Assembly: GCA_963841915.1 (NCBI GenBank)
Contig: CAWJEN010000006.1
Span: forward strand, 96,001-160,000
Origin: an uncultured Planctomycetota bacterium
Lineage (GTDB): Bacteria; Planctomycetota; Phycisphaerae; Tepidisphaerales; Tepidisphaeraceae
DNA: 64,000 bases
Direction: 5' to 3'
The notes under the pieces were generated by a model. That model saw nothing but the letters and a program-made list of their open reading frames with translations, searched no databases and was not told where the DNA came from. The position numbers and the translations under genes were made by a program. This document shows, piece after piece, positions 9,703 to 19,293 of the stretch. Positions within the stretch are counted from its first letter, which is position 1, and every line of letters starts with the position of its first letter.

Positions 9703-10980
9703 CTATAGCCGGCCGGCGGACTTCAGGGCCTTCTCGGCGGTGCGCCAGTAGCGGCTGAAGCGTTTGAGGTCGACGCGGCCTTCGAGTTCGGCCAGGGGCT
9801 TGGTGGCGATTGTCGTGGCGTCGAGCTCGTGGGCCACCTTCGCCACGAGCGGGGACGGGCTGTCGCCGGTGACGATCGGGCGGTCGGCGGCGAAGTCGCG
9901 GACGGCGGCGGCGAGGTCGTCGGCCGTCGCGACCGTCACGTTCGGCAGCTCGGCGAGGCACTCGCACACGAAGCCGATCGGCTTGAGGCTGATCCGCGAC
10001 GTCCAGTCGCGATCGAAGACGAAGATCGCCGGGCGGTCGTGCGCGTGGGGGGACAACGCGGGGTGGTTCGGGCGGAGCATGTCGCCGTGGACCCATGCGA
10101 CGGCGTCGTCGGGGACGCCGCGGTCGTCGGGCAGATCGACGTGGCACTTGCGGAGGTCGATGTCGCTGCCGCCCGCATCCTGCGTCGATTCTGGGCCGTG
10201 CTGGAAGAGCGTGTCTTCGAGTTGTTCGTAGCTGGCATCGAGCGGGTCGTTGCTGTTTCTCTTGTCGAACATGCCACCGCTGAACTTGTTGACGTTGTCG
10301 CGGTTCATGAAGTACGGCTTGCTGCCGAACGTGCTGGCGACCCATTGCCAGCTGAGGTTGTTGCTGGCCGGGTCGCCGTCGACGAGGTGGCGGAGGAACC
10401 ACATCGCCCCGGCCTGCCACTTGATGCGGCGGGCGTGGACGACGTAGCACGCCAGCCACATGCGGGCGTGGTTGTGCAGGTAGCCTTCTGCGCTGAGCTG
10501 TTTGGCGAAGTGGTCGACCCAATCGACGCCGGTCTCGCCGGCCTCGATCTCGGGCGGCAGGTCGTCGGCGTAGTCGTCCGGGCCGTAGCCGGTCTTCCAG
10601 GGTTCGAGATCGTTCCAGACCCCCCACTCGCCGACCTCGGCGTAGACGCGTTGGAAGTAGTCGTGCCACGCGATCTCGCGGATGAGCTTGCCCGCCTGCC
10701 ACGGCTCGGCCACCTTGGCCAATGCCGCGTCGGCAACCTCGGTCGTCGTCAGCACGCGATGCCGGAGGTAAGGCGACAACTGCGTCACCGCACCGTCGAG
10801 CATGTTCCGCGTCTTGGCGTACTGGTTCGGCCCAATCGCCGCTAGCCGCTTGTCGGCTTCGCGGCGTCCGCCGACGTGTGGCGAGAGGCGGTCATCAAGT
10901 GCCGCAGATGCCGGAAACATCTTGCGCAGGTTGTCCTGCAACGCGTCGCGGTTGTCGAAGGAGGTGGTCAAACGATCCAT
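9703..10980 (-). CDS. Photolyase/cryptochrome-family protein with inverted domain order (NewPHL-like)
   Basis: FAD-binding motifs YAKTRN, VTQLSPYL, GYLHNHARMWLA and DGDPASNNLSWQW are N-terminal; the alpha/beta domain (WVHGDMLRPNHPAL...AIFVFD...ECLAEL...RFSRYW) is C-terminal. Confidence 0.85.
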   Translation of the reverse strand: MDRLTTSFDNRDALQDNLRKMFPASAALDDRLSPHVGGRREADKRLAAIGPNQYAKTRNMLDGAVTQLSPYLRHRVLTTTEVADAALAKVAEPWQAGKLIREIAWHDYFQRVYAEVGEWGVWNDLEPWKTGYGPDDYADDLPPEIEAGETGVDWVDHFAKQLSAEGYLHNHARMWLACYVVHARRIKWQAGAMWFLRHLVDGDPASNNLSWQWVASTFGSKPYFMNRDNVNKFSGGMFDKRNSNDPLDASYEQLEDTLFQHGPESTQDAGGSDIDLRKCHVDLPDDRGVPDDAVAWVHGDMLRPNHPALSPHAHDRPAIFVFDRDWTSRISLKPIGFVCECLAELPNVTVATADDLAAAVRDFAADRPIVTGDSPSPLVAKVAHELDATTIATKPLAELEGRVDLKRFSRYWRTAEKALKSAGRL

Positions 10981-10990
10981 GGTGCTTCGG

Positions 10991-11030
10991 AAAAAATGCC
11001 GCCGCATCAGGCAAAGCCTGATGCGGCGGC
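10991..11030 (-). terminator. Intrinsic terminator after the DUF3618 gene
   Basis: Perfect 15-bp stem GCCGCCGCATCAGGC-AAA-GCCTGATGCGGCGGC followed by a T6 run on the minus strand. Confidence 0.85.
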
Positions 11031-11053
11031 GGAATCGATCCAACCTAGTTGTT

Positions 11054-12661
11054 CTACAGGTTGTGCTTCGTCTTGGCGTCGTCGGCCTGGTGCTTGGCCT
11101 CACCGACGGCGGCGTCCTTAGCGGCCTCAAGCACCGACTTGGCGTCATCAGCAAGCTTCGTCGGCGTCAAACCCTTGTCTTCGGCCTTCAGCTTCAGGTC
11201 TTCAGCGTCGGCCAACGCGTCGGCCTTGACGTTCTGGACCTTCTGCTGGGCGTCGTTTGCAAGCGACTCGCTACGCGACTGCACGTTGCCGGCGACGTCG
11301 CCGCCTTCGCCCTTGACCTGACCGACTGCATCACCGGCGGCGGACTTGGCGGTCTCGGCGAGCTGACCGGCCGCCTGCTTGGCCTGACCCAGCACGTCCT
11401 GGCCCTCGCTCTTGGCGCGGCCGAGGATGTCAGAGCCTTCACGCTTGGCCTCGTTCATCAGCTCACCGGCCCGGTCCTTGGCGTCGGCAGCGAGTTCGCC
11501 AACCTTCTGGCGGAGCGACTCGGGCGTGACGCCGCGACGGGCGGCTTCTTCCTGGGCGGCGGTCAGGCTCGCGTCGACGACCGTGCGGCCACGCTCATAA
11601 GCCTCGGCGGCGGCGTCGCCGGCCGTGTTCTTCAGGTTGCGGCTGTAACCGCCCATGAGCTGGTCCTCCTTCTGCGTCCGTGGGGCGGCCAACCCGGCGA
11701 GCAGGCCAGCCGCGAGTGCACCGGCGGCGACGGCCAGCGGGTTGCTGCCAAGGGCATCCGTGAAGCGATCACGCGAGTAGGCGTAACCCTGCTCGCCGGC
11801 GCGACGACTGCGGTCGACGCCGCTGCTGAGCGAATCGCGACTGCTGGCGTACAGGCTGCTCGCCCGCTCGCCTGCGTAACCCCGGGCGGCGACGGCGTGG
11901 TCACCGGCGACGCTGCCATAAGTACGGGCCGAGTCGGCGGCGGTGCCGGCCGCGTGACCGACGGCGTCGCGGGTCGACGAGGCGGCCCCACCTATGGCCG
12001 AAGCGGCCGACGAAGCTGCGCTTCCGATCGCGCCGGCAGCACTCGAAGCAGCACTACCGACCGCACCGGCGGCGGCGCTGGCGTAATCAGCGGCCTGGCT
12101 GACGATGCCCGCGCCTTGACGCCCTTCTGCACCACGGTATTCGCGGCCTTGCCGCTCGTAACTCTCGATGTCGTACGGCTCACCCGTGCGGGCGTCAACG
12201 TAGCTGCCGCCGTACATCTGCGGCTCACGATGGTTCCGCTCGATGCGGCGACGCTGCTTGGAGCTCTTGTCCTGCAGCGCGATGTAAGCCACGCCCGCAC
12301 CGACGGCCGCAGAAAGCAACGGGTGCTGGCGGACCTTGGACAGCAGCCCGACGCCAACGGCCGAGCCGGCGAGTGCCTTGACGGCCGACGTGATCGTGTC
12401 GGCGATGCCACTGTCGTCGTCTTCGTAGGAAGCGGTCTCGCGGCGGCCGTCGACACCGGCCGGGACCGGTGAGCCGGAAGCGCTGGTGCGGCCGGACTTG
12501 CCGGTGAACATTCCGACGGCCGAGCCGACGAGGTTGCCGGGGTTGAGCCGCTCGCCGAGCTGGTCGAGCGTGCGGTCCATCTCGGTGCGGGTGCGGTCGA
12601 TATCGTTCTGAATGGTTCGGGACTGCGTGTCGTCCCGCTCGTTATGAATGGGTTGCGTCAT
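11054..12661 (-). CDS. DUF3618-domain, LEA-like general stress protein
   Basis: IQNDIDRTRTEMDRTLDQLGERLNP (DUF3618), HPLLSAAVGAG and NPLAVAAGALAAG..P.T..ED.LMG motifs; 11-mer amphipathic Ala/Lys/Glu repeats. Confidence 0.8.
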   Translation of the reverse strand: MTQPIHNERDDTQSRTIQNDIDRTRTEMDRTLDQLGERLNPGNLVGSAVGMFTGKSGRTSASGSPVPAGVDGRRETASYEDDDSGIADTITSAVKALAGSAVGVGLLSKVRQHPLLSAAVGAGVAYIALQDKSSKQRRRIERNHREPQMYGGSYVDARTGEPYDIESYERQGREYRGAEGRQGAGIVSQAADYASAAAGAVGSAASSAAGAIGSAASSAASAIGGAASSTRDAVGHAAGTAADSARTYGSVAGDHAVAARGYAGERASSLYASSRDSLSSGVDRSRRAGEQGYAYSRDRFTDALGSNPLAVAAGALAAGLLAGLAAPRTQKEDQLMGGYSRNLKNTAGDAAAEAYERGRTVVDASLTAAQEEAARRGVTPESLRQKVGELAADAKDRAGELMNEAKREGSDILGRAKSEGQDVLGQAKQAAGQLAETAKSAAGDAVGQVKGEGGDVAGNVQSRSESLANDAQQKVQNVKADALADAEDLKLKAEDKGLTPTKLADDAKSVLEAAKDAAVGEAKHQADDAKTKHNL

Positions 12662-12698
12662 GTGTCTGTGGTGCTGAGGGAGAGGCGGAGACGAACGT

Positions 12699-13304
12699 CT
12701 AGTGCGGGGCAGGTGTAGTCGTGGGCTTGCCGAGCGTGCGGCTCTTGGCCCATTCCTTGTCGTTCTGGAGCGACTGGATCGTCCGCTCGGGCTTGAGCGG
12801 CTCACCGGCAATCTTGGACTTGGCCGAGTTGAGCAGCAGGTAACCGATGAGCGCGACGACGACACCGGTGATCAGGAACCCGATGCCGATGGCCAGCGGG
12901 TCGTTGATGTCGATGAGCAGGTCGATCAAGCCCGCGATCAGGAACGCGACCGCACTGAGCAGGCCCAGGCCCGCCACGAGCAGCACGGCCCCGCCGACAG
13001 CGATCTTTCCGGTTTGTACGGCAAAGAAGCTCGCCTTTTCGCCGATCTCGGTCTTGGCGAGGTTCACTTCCTGACGGATCAGGTGCAGCGACTCGTCGCG
13101 AAGATTTTTGATGAGGTCGGTGATGCCGGGTGCGTTGCCTGCGTCGGTCGGTTCGCGGTAGGCACCGGCGACGGGTCGGTCGATGGTGTCGGGGGCCGGC
13201 GGTTCGTCACGGACGGCGGTGCCGCCGTTGGCCGGCTCGTTGTCGCGGCCGAGGCCCATCGTGGCCGGCTTGGGTGGATGATGCAGTGGATCGTTGTCTG
13301 CCAT
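12699..13304 (-). CDS. YhjD/DUF1469-like membrane protein (annotated as phage holin family)
   Basis: LIRQEVNLAKTEI, two TM helices, PERTIQSLQNDKEW; usual neighbour of DUF3618 genes. Confidence 0.85.
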   Translation of the reverse strand: MADNDPLHHPPKPATMGLGRDNEPANGGTAVRDEPPAPDTIDRPVAGAYREPTDAGNAPGITDLIKNLRDESLHLIRQEVNLAKTEIGEKASFFAVQTGKIAVGGAVLLVAGLGLLSAVAFLIAGLIDLLIDINDPLAIGIGFLITGVVVALIGYLLLNSAKSKIAGEPLKPERTIQSLQNDKEWAKSRTLGKPTTTPAPH

Positions 13305-13358
13305 AGGAAAGTGCTGTGAAGTGCGGTGAGATGGTCGTGAACTGGGGCAGGCAACGGC

Positions 13359-14369
13359 TCAGGCCGACGGCAGTGTGCTGGTGGTACCGGACTTCCTCAC
13401 GTCCTTGGCATCGACGGGCGTCGACCGGCCGTCACCGACGAGGTCGGGCACCAGGGCCTCGGCCGGCTGGACGCGATGGCTGCTCGTCTCGTGCAAATCG
13501 CTGCGACCGACGCCGACGTTGGCTGCCGGAAGCGCGGTGCCGACCGGCTCGCTGGAGAATTGCGTCCCGCGGGCGACGCCTGATCGGTCAAGCTGGGCGG
13601 TGCTGCCGTACCGCTGCTGGCGGACGGCATCGTCGAACAGGGATTCGTCCGCCCCCTCGGGCAAACCCCGGCGGTGCGGCTGGTCGGCCTTGAGGAACCG
13701 GCTCAGACCAAGACCCAGCACAAAGGCTCCGCCCAGCACCCACTCTGGCCGACGCTTGGTCAGACCGGCAAGCTCACCGACAAGGTCCCGCGGCGAAGCG
13801 TGGTCGAGGTAGTCGCGAACCCGCTCGAGCGAGTCGGCGGCGGCTTCGGCGTAACCGGCGACGGTCGTGTCGTCACGGCCGCGAAGCTCACCGGCAGCTG
13901 CGCGGGCGGCGGCGGCGAGATCGTTCACGCCGCCCTTCAGCCGGCCCTTCTGCTCGTCGTACATCGCCGACGCACGCTCACCGGCGACCCGGCGACCTTC
14001 CACCACGCGGCTCGACAGCTCACGCTTGGCACTCTCAAACTGCACACGCGCCTCGCCCATGCGACGGTCAGCCTCGGCACGCGCCTGATCGGCGGCCTGA
14101 CGCGTAAAGTCCTTGGCCGCCTCGTAACGTCGACCAACCTCGGCCTTGGCGGTGTCGGCGACCTCGCCCGCCTGCCGCCTTGCATCTTCGAGCTTCGCCC
14201 GGGCGGCGTCGGCGGCATCGCCAGCGACCTGCTTAGCGACCTGCTTGACGTCACCGCTGCCGGTGCTCTTCGTGTACGTGTGGTCCAGGTCTACCGGGGC
14301 CGGGTGATCCCCTTGGGCCGGGATGTGGCCGTCGGTGACGTTCTTGTCGTTCGTGTTGGCTGAGCTCAT
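13359..14369 (-). CDS. LEA-like hypothetical stress protein
   Basis: Amphipathic helical repeats plus AADSLERVRDYL...KRRPEWVLGGAFVLGLGLSRFLKA, typical of the first gene of this three-gene cluster. Confidence 0.75.
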   Translation of the reverse strand: MSSANTNDKNVTDGHIPAQGDHPAPVDLDHTYTKSTGSGDVKQVAKQVAGDAADAARAKLEDARRQAGEVADTAKAEVGRRYEAAKDFTRQAADQARAEADRRMGEARVQFESAKRELSSRVVEGRRVAGERASAMYDEQKGRLKGGVNDLAAAARAAAGELRGRDDTTVAGYAEAAADSLERVRDYLDHASPRDLVGELAGLTKRRPEWVLGGAFVLGLGLSRFLKADQPHRRGLPEGADESLFDDAVRQQRYGSTAQLDRSGVARGTQFSSEPVGTALPAANVGVGRSDLHETSSHRVQPAEALVPDLVGDGRSTPVDAKDVRKSGTTSTLPSA

Positions 14370-14599
14370 GGTCGTTGCTCCGTCGGGTGCAGGTCGTTAG
14401 TGGCGAGTCGTAAAGCAAGCGTTGCCGGGCAGGCAGGTCGCATGCAAAGGACACCACGCAAAGCCAATGCCGCGGGGAGGCTCGGAAGAAAGTCCCACGA
14501 ACAGTGCATGATGCCCCTGCCGAGGCCGACAGGGTGTCGCAGTGCCGTCGGCACAAACGCAGATTGTCACAGATGCGGCCACTGTCCACACTCACCTTC

Positions 14600-14884
14600 A
14601 TGCGCCAACTGCTAGACGACCTGCTCGAGATCGATCGCCCACGCTTTCTGGACGGCCAGGCGGACGACGGCGAGGTCGAGTTCGCCCGCAAGGTGCTTGT
14701 GCCGGGCGTGGCACTGGTGGCCCTGACAGCGGTCGGCATTGGGGCGGCCAAGGCGTGCTGCGGCGTCAGGTACCGCCGGTTCGACCCGTACGGCATGTTG
14801 CCGATCGGCATGGCGCTGCTGACGGCGAGCGTGGCGGCGTGGTCGTACCTCAACCCGCAGCCGATGCAGTCGCTGCGGCGCTAG
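14600..14884 (+). CDS. Small hypothetical membrane protein
   Basis: 94-aa ORF with two hydrophobic segments; ends 8 bp before the globin start. Confidence 0.5.
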   Translation: MRQLLDDLLEIDRPRFLDGQADDGEVEFARKVLVPGVALVALTAVGIGAAKACCGVRYRRFDPYGMLPIGMALLTASVAAWSYLNPQPMQSLRR

Positions 14885-14892
14885 AACGTGTC

Positions 14893-15285
14893 GTGACGAA
14901 CCTTGCCGATCCTGTCGGTCACCTGTATGGCCTCGTCGGCGAAGCGGGCATTGCCGACGTGACGCGTCGGTTCAATGAGAAGGTGCGGGTCGATGACGTG
15001 ATCGGGCCGATGTACCCGCCGGACGAATGGGAGGCTGCCGAGCGGCGCCTGCGGATGTTCCTGGTCGAGCGGTTCGGCGGCCCGCCGCAGTTCTCGACCG
15101 AGCGGGGGCACCCGCGGCTTCGCATGCGGCACGCGCCGTTTGCCATCACGCCCGCAGGGGCCGAGCGGTGGATCGAGTTGATGTCGGCCGCGGTGAACGA
15201 GGCAGCGTTACCGGCGGCGTTCGGTGAGGCCGCGTTGCCATTCCTGGCCCAGGTGGCGACGTTCCTGGTGAATCGGGCCGAGTGA
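14893..15285 (+). CDS. Group II truncated haemoglobin (trHbO)
   Basis: LY..VG, PMYP, FL.ERFGGP..FS..RGHPRLRMRHAPF.IT....RW motifs; GTG start at 14893. Confidence 0.9.
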   Translation: MTNLADPVGHLYGLVGEAGIADVTRRFNEKVRVDDVIGPMYPPDEWEAAERRLRMFLVERFGGPPQFSTERGHPRLRMRHAPFAITPAGAERWIELMSAAVNEAALPAAFGEAALPFLAQVATFLVNRAE

Positions 15286-15431
15286 GGCGCACAGGCGGCC
15301 GCGGCGGCGCACTGCGCAGAGGCGACTTCTGGGGCGCACCGCCTTTGACGAATCACACGTCAGCACTGCAAATCCTGGCGTACCACTTCCGCACGGCAGA
15401 CGACCCGCCGACGCACTCGGTCGTCAGCGAA

Positions 15432-15447
15432 TGTTCCACGTGGAACA
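15432..15447. promoter_or_regulatory. parS site (ParB binding)
   Basis: TGTTCCACGTGGAACA, a perfect parS palindrome; extends to GAATGTTCCACGTGGAACATTC. Confidence 0.9.
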
Positions 15448-15498
15448 TTCACCCCCGCTGGCAGCCCTTGGCGAGGGGTCAAAACGACCCGCCGCAAG

Positions 15499-15514
15499 TG
15501 TTCCACGTGGAACA
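15499..15514. promoter_or_regulatory. parS site (ParB binding)
   Basis: Second perfect TGTTCCACGTGGAACA, 67 bp after the first. Confidence 0.9.
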
Positions 15515-15607
15515 TGGGCTGGCGTGCTCTGGCGAGGGGTCGGCCGGCGGGCGCTCCCTTTATTCAGCCCATTCGGCCGCCGCGGCGCAGCGCGTAGGAT
15601 GCCGTTC

Positions 15608-16650
15608 ATGGCTTGGAGCGACCGCGATTATGCCCGCGAAGAACGTCCCGGGTTCGGGGCCAACCCGCTGATGTGGCTGCTCTCTGGCGCGTTCGGTTGT
15701 TCGAGTTCTGGGGCGTGACGGTCTTCGCGCACGCGTCGCTTATCGTCATCACGGCGTTCGTGCTCCTCTTGGGTACGCCTTTCGGTAACACGGCCCTCGA
15801 CCGGCTGACATTCGTCGTCACGCTGTTCGGCGTCATCCTGCTCCACGAGTTCGGGCACATCTGGGGTGCACGCGTGACTGGTGGGCGCGGCGAGCAGATC
15901 GAGATGACGCCGCTGGGCGGACTTGCGTTGGCCGAGCCGGGCAAGGGCTGGTACCCGCACACGATTACGATTATCTGCGGGCCGCTGGTCAACGTAATCA
16001 TCTGTCTCGTCGCCGGCGCGATTCTGAAAGCGACACTCAACGTCTGGCCGCTTGGGCCGTGGTCGTTTGGCGAGTTGAACCCCACGACTTCTTGGATCGG
16101 ATTGGGGCGATACGCGTACTACGTCTACGCCGTCAGCTACTTCCTGTTGCTCTTCAACCTGCTGCCCGTCTTCCCGCTCGACGGCGGACAGCTGTTGCAG
16201 GGGCTCTTGTGGTCGAAGATGGGCTGGTTCCGAGCGACGATGGTGGCCACCGGCATCGGACTCGTCGGCAGCGTGCTCATGGCGCTCTACGGCATCGCCT
16301 CAGCAGGCCTGCTGTTGGCGTTCATCGGCGTGAGTTGCTTCCTGACGTGCCTGAACCTGCGTCGCCAGCTCCAGGCGGCCGGGCCTTATGCCTTCAGCGA
16401 GCACGACGAGCCGGACTACATGTCATCGGTCATGATGGACCCCGATGAGCCGGCCAAGGAGTCGATGATCGAGCGGGCCAAGCGACGACGAGCTGAGGCC
16501 AAAGAGCGGCGCGAACACGAATTGTCTCAGCGGCTCGAGGCCGACGTCGACGCGGTGCTGGCCAAGATCAGCACGAGCGGGATCGACTCCTTGACGGCGT
16601 CTGAGCGAAAGACGCTCGAACGGGCCCGCGAAGCCAAGAGCCGCGTGTGA
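15608..16650 (+). CDS. Site-2 protease (peptidase M50) with C-terminal DUF6576-like tail; apparent 1-bp frameshift near 15689
   Basis: [22 protein letters not shown] motifs; tail [19 protein letters not shown]. The N-terminus MAWSDRDY...MWLLSG is in a different frame from VRLFEFWG. Confidence 0.85.
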
Positions 16651-16720
16651 CGCCGACGATGCGGTCGAGCGGCATGAGCCTTGTCGGCCTCCAGGGTGTT
16701 GTCGTCTACGCTGCTCGTCC

Positions 16721-18076
16721 GTGACCGACACCGTTTATCAGCAGTGCATCGACCCTTCGTGTGGCCAGACGCTCCACGTGGAACAAGTTGCCGTCGCTTG
16801 CCCGACGTGCGGCGGGTTGCTCGACATCAAGTACGACTGGGCGAAGCTGCCCGTGCCGTCGTCGCTGAAGGCGTTCGACCAGCGTCGTTTGAGCTTCGAG
16901 CCTCTGGACTTCTCGGGCGTGTGGCGGTTCCGGGAGCTGTTGCCGTTTTACAAGGACGAAAGCGAGATCGCGACCGTCGGCGAAGGCCGGACGATCCTGC
17001 AGACGGCCAACGGCGTGGCCGCGGAGCTTGGCCTTCCGATGGGTTCGCTGCAGCTGCAGTACGAAGGCTTTAACCCGTCGGGCAGCTTCAAAGACAACGG
17101 CATGACCGCCGCCTTCACCCACGCGCGTCGCGTGCGGGCCAGAACCGTTGCGTGTGCGTCGACCGGTAATACGTCGGCTGCCCTTGCCCTCTACGCGTCG
17201 GCGTCGTGCATGAAGGCTGTCGTCTTCGTCGGCAGCGGCAAGATCGCGTTCGGCAAGCTGTCCCAGGCGCTGGACTACGGGGCCGTCACGTTGCAGGTCG
17301 ATGGCGACTTTGACGACTGCCTCAAGCGGGTCAAGGAAATCGCCGCCGACCCGGAACTTGGCGTCTATCTCATGAACAGCGTCAATCCCTTCCGCCTCGA
17401 AGGGCAGAAGGCGATCATGTACCGCGTGCTGGAGGCACGGGGTTGGCAAGTGCCTGACTGGATCGTCGTGCCGGGTGGCAACCTCGGTAACTGCTCGGCC
17501 TTTGGTAAGGCGTTCATGGAGCTCAAAGAGCTCGGCCTGATCGATCGCGTGCCACGCCTGGCCGTCATCAATGCGGACGGCGCTAACACGCTCTATCGCC
17601 TGTACGAAGAGCAAGGTCTTCGCTGGAACGAAGGCCGCTTTGATCGCAGCGTGCCCGACGCGATGTACAACGCCTTTGACGACGACGGCCACCGGGCCAA
17701 AACCGTCGCCAGCGCCATCGAAATCGGACGCCCGGTCAATCTGGCCAAAGCCCTTCGCGCCCTCGACGTGATGGACGGCGTGGTGCGCCAGGCCGGCGAC
17801 CACGCCATCCTTGATGGCAGAGCAGTCGTTGCCAGGCACGGCTTCGGCTGCGAGCCGGCCAGCGGCGCGACGGTCGCTGGCGTCAAGGCCCTTCTGGCCG
17901 AGGGCGTCATTCAGGCTGGCGAGTCCATTGTCTGCATCCTGACGGGCCACGAGCTCAAAGACCCGGATCGGACGGTCGACTACCACATCGGCGACGAGCC
18001 GGGCCGACTGTCGAATCCGCCGACAAAGGTCGCCAACGACGCGGCCGAGATTGCCAAAGCGATCCGCGCTCTGTAA
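16721..18076 (+). CDS. thrC: Threonine synthase
   Basis: N-terminal Cys cluster, [21 protein letters not shown] (PLP Lys), [38 protein letters not shown]. Confidence 0.93.
   Translation: MTDTVYQQCIDPSCGQTLHVEQVAVACPTCGGLLDIKYDWAKLPVPSSLKAFDQRRLSFEPLDFSGVWRFRELLPFYKDESEIATVGEGRTILQTANGVAAELGLPMGSLQLQYEGFNPSGSFKDNGMTAAFTHARRVRARTVACASTGNTSAALALYASASCMKAVVFVGSGKIAFGKLSQALDYGAVTLQVDGDFDDCLKRVKEIAADPELGVYLMNSVNPFRLEGQKAIMYRVLEARGWQVPDWIVVPGGNLGNCSAFGKAFMELKELGLIDRVPRLAVINADGANTLYRLYEEQGLRWNEGRFDRSVPDAMYNAFDDDGHRAKTVASAIEIGRPVNLAKALRALDVMDGVVRQAGDHAILDGRAVVARHGFGCEPASGATVAGVKALLAEGVIQAGESIVCILTGHELKDPDRTVDYHIGDEPGRLSNPPTKVANDAAEIAKAIRAL
16770..16785. promoter_or_regulatory. Degenerate parS-like site inside thrC
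   Basis: CGCTCCACGTGGAACA, 14/16 match to the nearby perfect sites. Confidence 0.45.
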
Positions 18077-18136
18077 GGCGTTTGGAAGTGGGGATGCGAC
18101 CTTAAGTCGCAGAGCATTCGGCTCGATGTCTGGTGA

Positions 18137-19114
18137 GTGCAGGACCTTGACCCAGCAACAAATCGGCCGCCGGTGTGGCGTCACCCGCCGCTGTGGATGC
18201 GATTGTGCGTGGTGCTGGTGCTGTCGGTCGGGTTCGCAGTTGTGGCAGGTCCGATCGTCCGTGGCAACGTGTGGGCGGCAAGCTTTTTGCGGCAGATGCT
18301 CGTGCCGTTCGCGATGCTGGTGCTTGTGCTGCTCGTGGCGATTCGTCACGACCGACGCTGGCGACGCACGACTGCAGGCATGGCCGCCCTGCTCGAAGAC
18401 ACCAAACGCCTTCGCGACGGCGAACGGACAGCCACGCAAATGCAGGAGATCCTGCAGGCCTGCAGCGACAACGGCGAGATGTCGCGTCTGGCCGTCGCCG
18501 TCGGCAGGCTCGCCGACGAAGCCCGCCGCGCCAATCGGCGCGTCCGCGACTTGGAATTGGAGTGCCAGCGTCGCGTGAGTCGTACCGCCGACACGCTCGG
18601 CCACGAGATCGGCGTGCTCAAGACCAAAGCCGGTCGCGACGGCCTGACCAATCTCGGCAACCGCCGCGCCCTCGACGAGGCCCTGCCCCAGCACATCCAA
18701 AGTGCCCGCCGTGCCGGTCGCGAACTGAGCGTGGTGATGATCGACGTGGATCACTTCAAGCCGCTCAACGACACGCTTGGCCACGCCGCCGGTGACGCGA
18801 TGCTGAAGGACATTGCCCGCTTGATCCGCTCGACCGTTCGTGAGCGAAGTGATGCGGCCTTCCGTTACGGCGGTGACGAGTTCGTCCTGATTCTCGACGG
18901 TGCTGGCGCGACGCAGGCGCGTGCGACGGCCGACCGGCTGGGTAAGCTCGTCGACGATCTTGCGCGGTCGATCAACGTCGCCAAACCACCGGGACTGAGT
19001 TGTGGCGTGGCGTGCCTGACGGGTGACGCCGACGCCGCGGAATTGCTCGCCGCTGCCGATGCTGACGTCTATCGCGTCAAACGGCACCGCAAGTCCGTCC
19101 GACTCGCCGCCTGA
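18137..19114 (+). CDS. Membrane-anchored diguanylate cyclase (GGDEF)
   Basis: Two TM helices, coiled coil, DGLTNLGNRR, IDVDHFKPLNDTLGHAAGD, RYGGDEF. Confidence 0.92.
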   Translation: MQDLDPATNRPPVWRHPPLWMRLCVVLVLSVGFAVVAGPIVRGNVWAASFLRQMLVPFAMLVLVLLVAIRHDRRWRRTTAGMAALLEDTKRLRDGERTATQMQEILQACSDNGEMSRLAVAVGRLADEARRANRRVRDLELECQRRVSRTADTLGHEIGVLKTKAGRDGLTNLGNRRALDEALPQHIQSARRAGRELSVVMIDVDHFKPLNDTLGHAAGDAMLKDIARLIRSTVRERSDAAFRYGGDEFVLILDGAGATQARATADRLGKLVDDLARSINVAKPPGLSCGVACLTGDADAAELLAAADADVYRVKRHRKSVRLAA

Positions 19115-19141
19115 GGGGCGACTATTAAAACTCGTATCATC

Positions 19142-19169
19142 GCCCCGCCGTCCTGACGGCGGGGCTTTT
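19142..19169 (+). terminator. Intrinsic terminator
   Basis: GCCCCGCCGTC-CT-GACGGCGGGGC followed by TTTT. Confidence 0.8.
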
Positions 19170-19293
19170 GCGTGGTGACATGCGATCTGGTTGATGTGGA
19201 ACTGCTTTGGCAGAACAAGGCCTCGCAACCTTGCGGCGGTTCGTCGGTCCATTACGCTGGACCTTCCTTTCGCTTTACCCACGCGATCCTGCC

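Noticed and set aside
9650..10702. N-terminal 350 aa of the 575-aa ORF 8975-10702
   Set aside because: Arg-rich alternative frame overlapping the photolyase; only the 3' part looks protein-like.
12699..13304. Holin as evidence of a prophage
   Set aside because: This family is a usual member of the DUF3618 stress cluster, and no phage genes are nearby.
14370..14600. oriC in the intergenic region near parS
   Set aside because: Only one weak DnaA-box-like 9-mer (CTGTCCACA) and no AT-rich unwinding element.
15432..15514. Two palindromes 67 bp apart as a mini-CRISPR
   Set aside because: The repeat is only 16 bp and is exactly the parS consensus.
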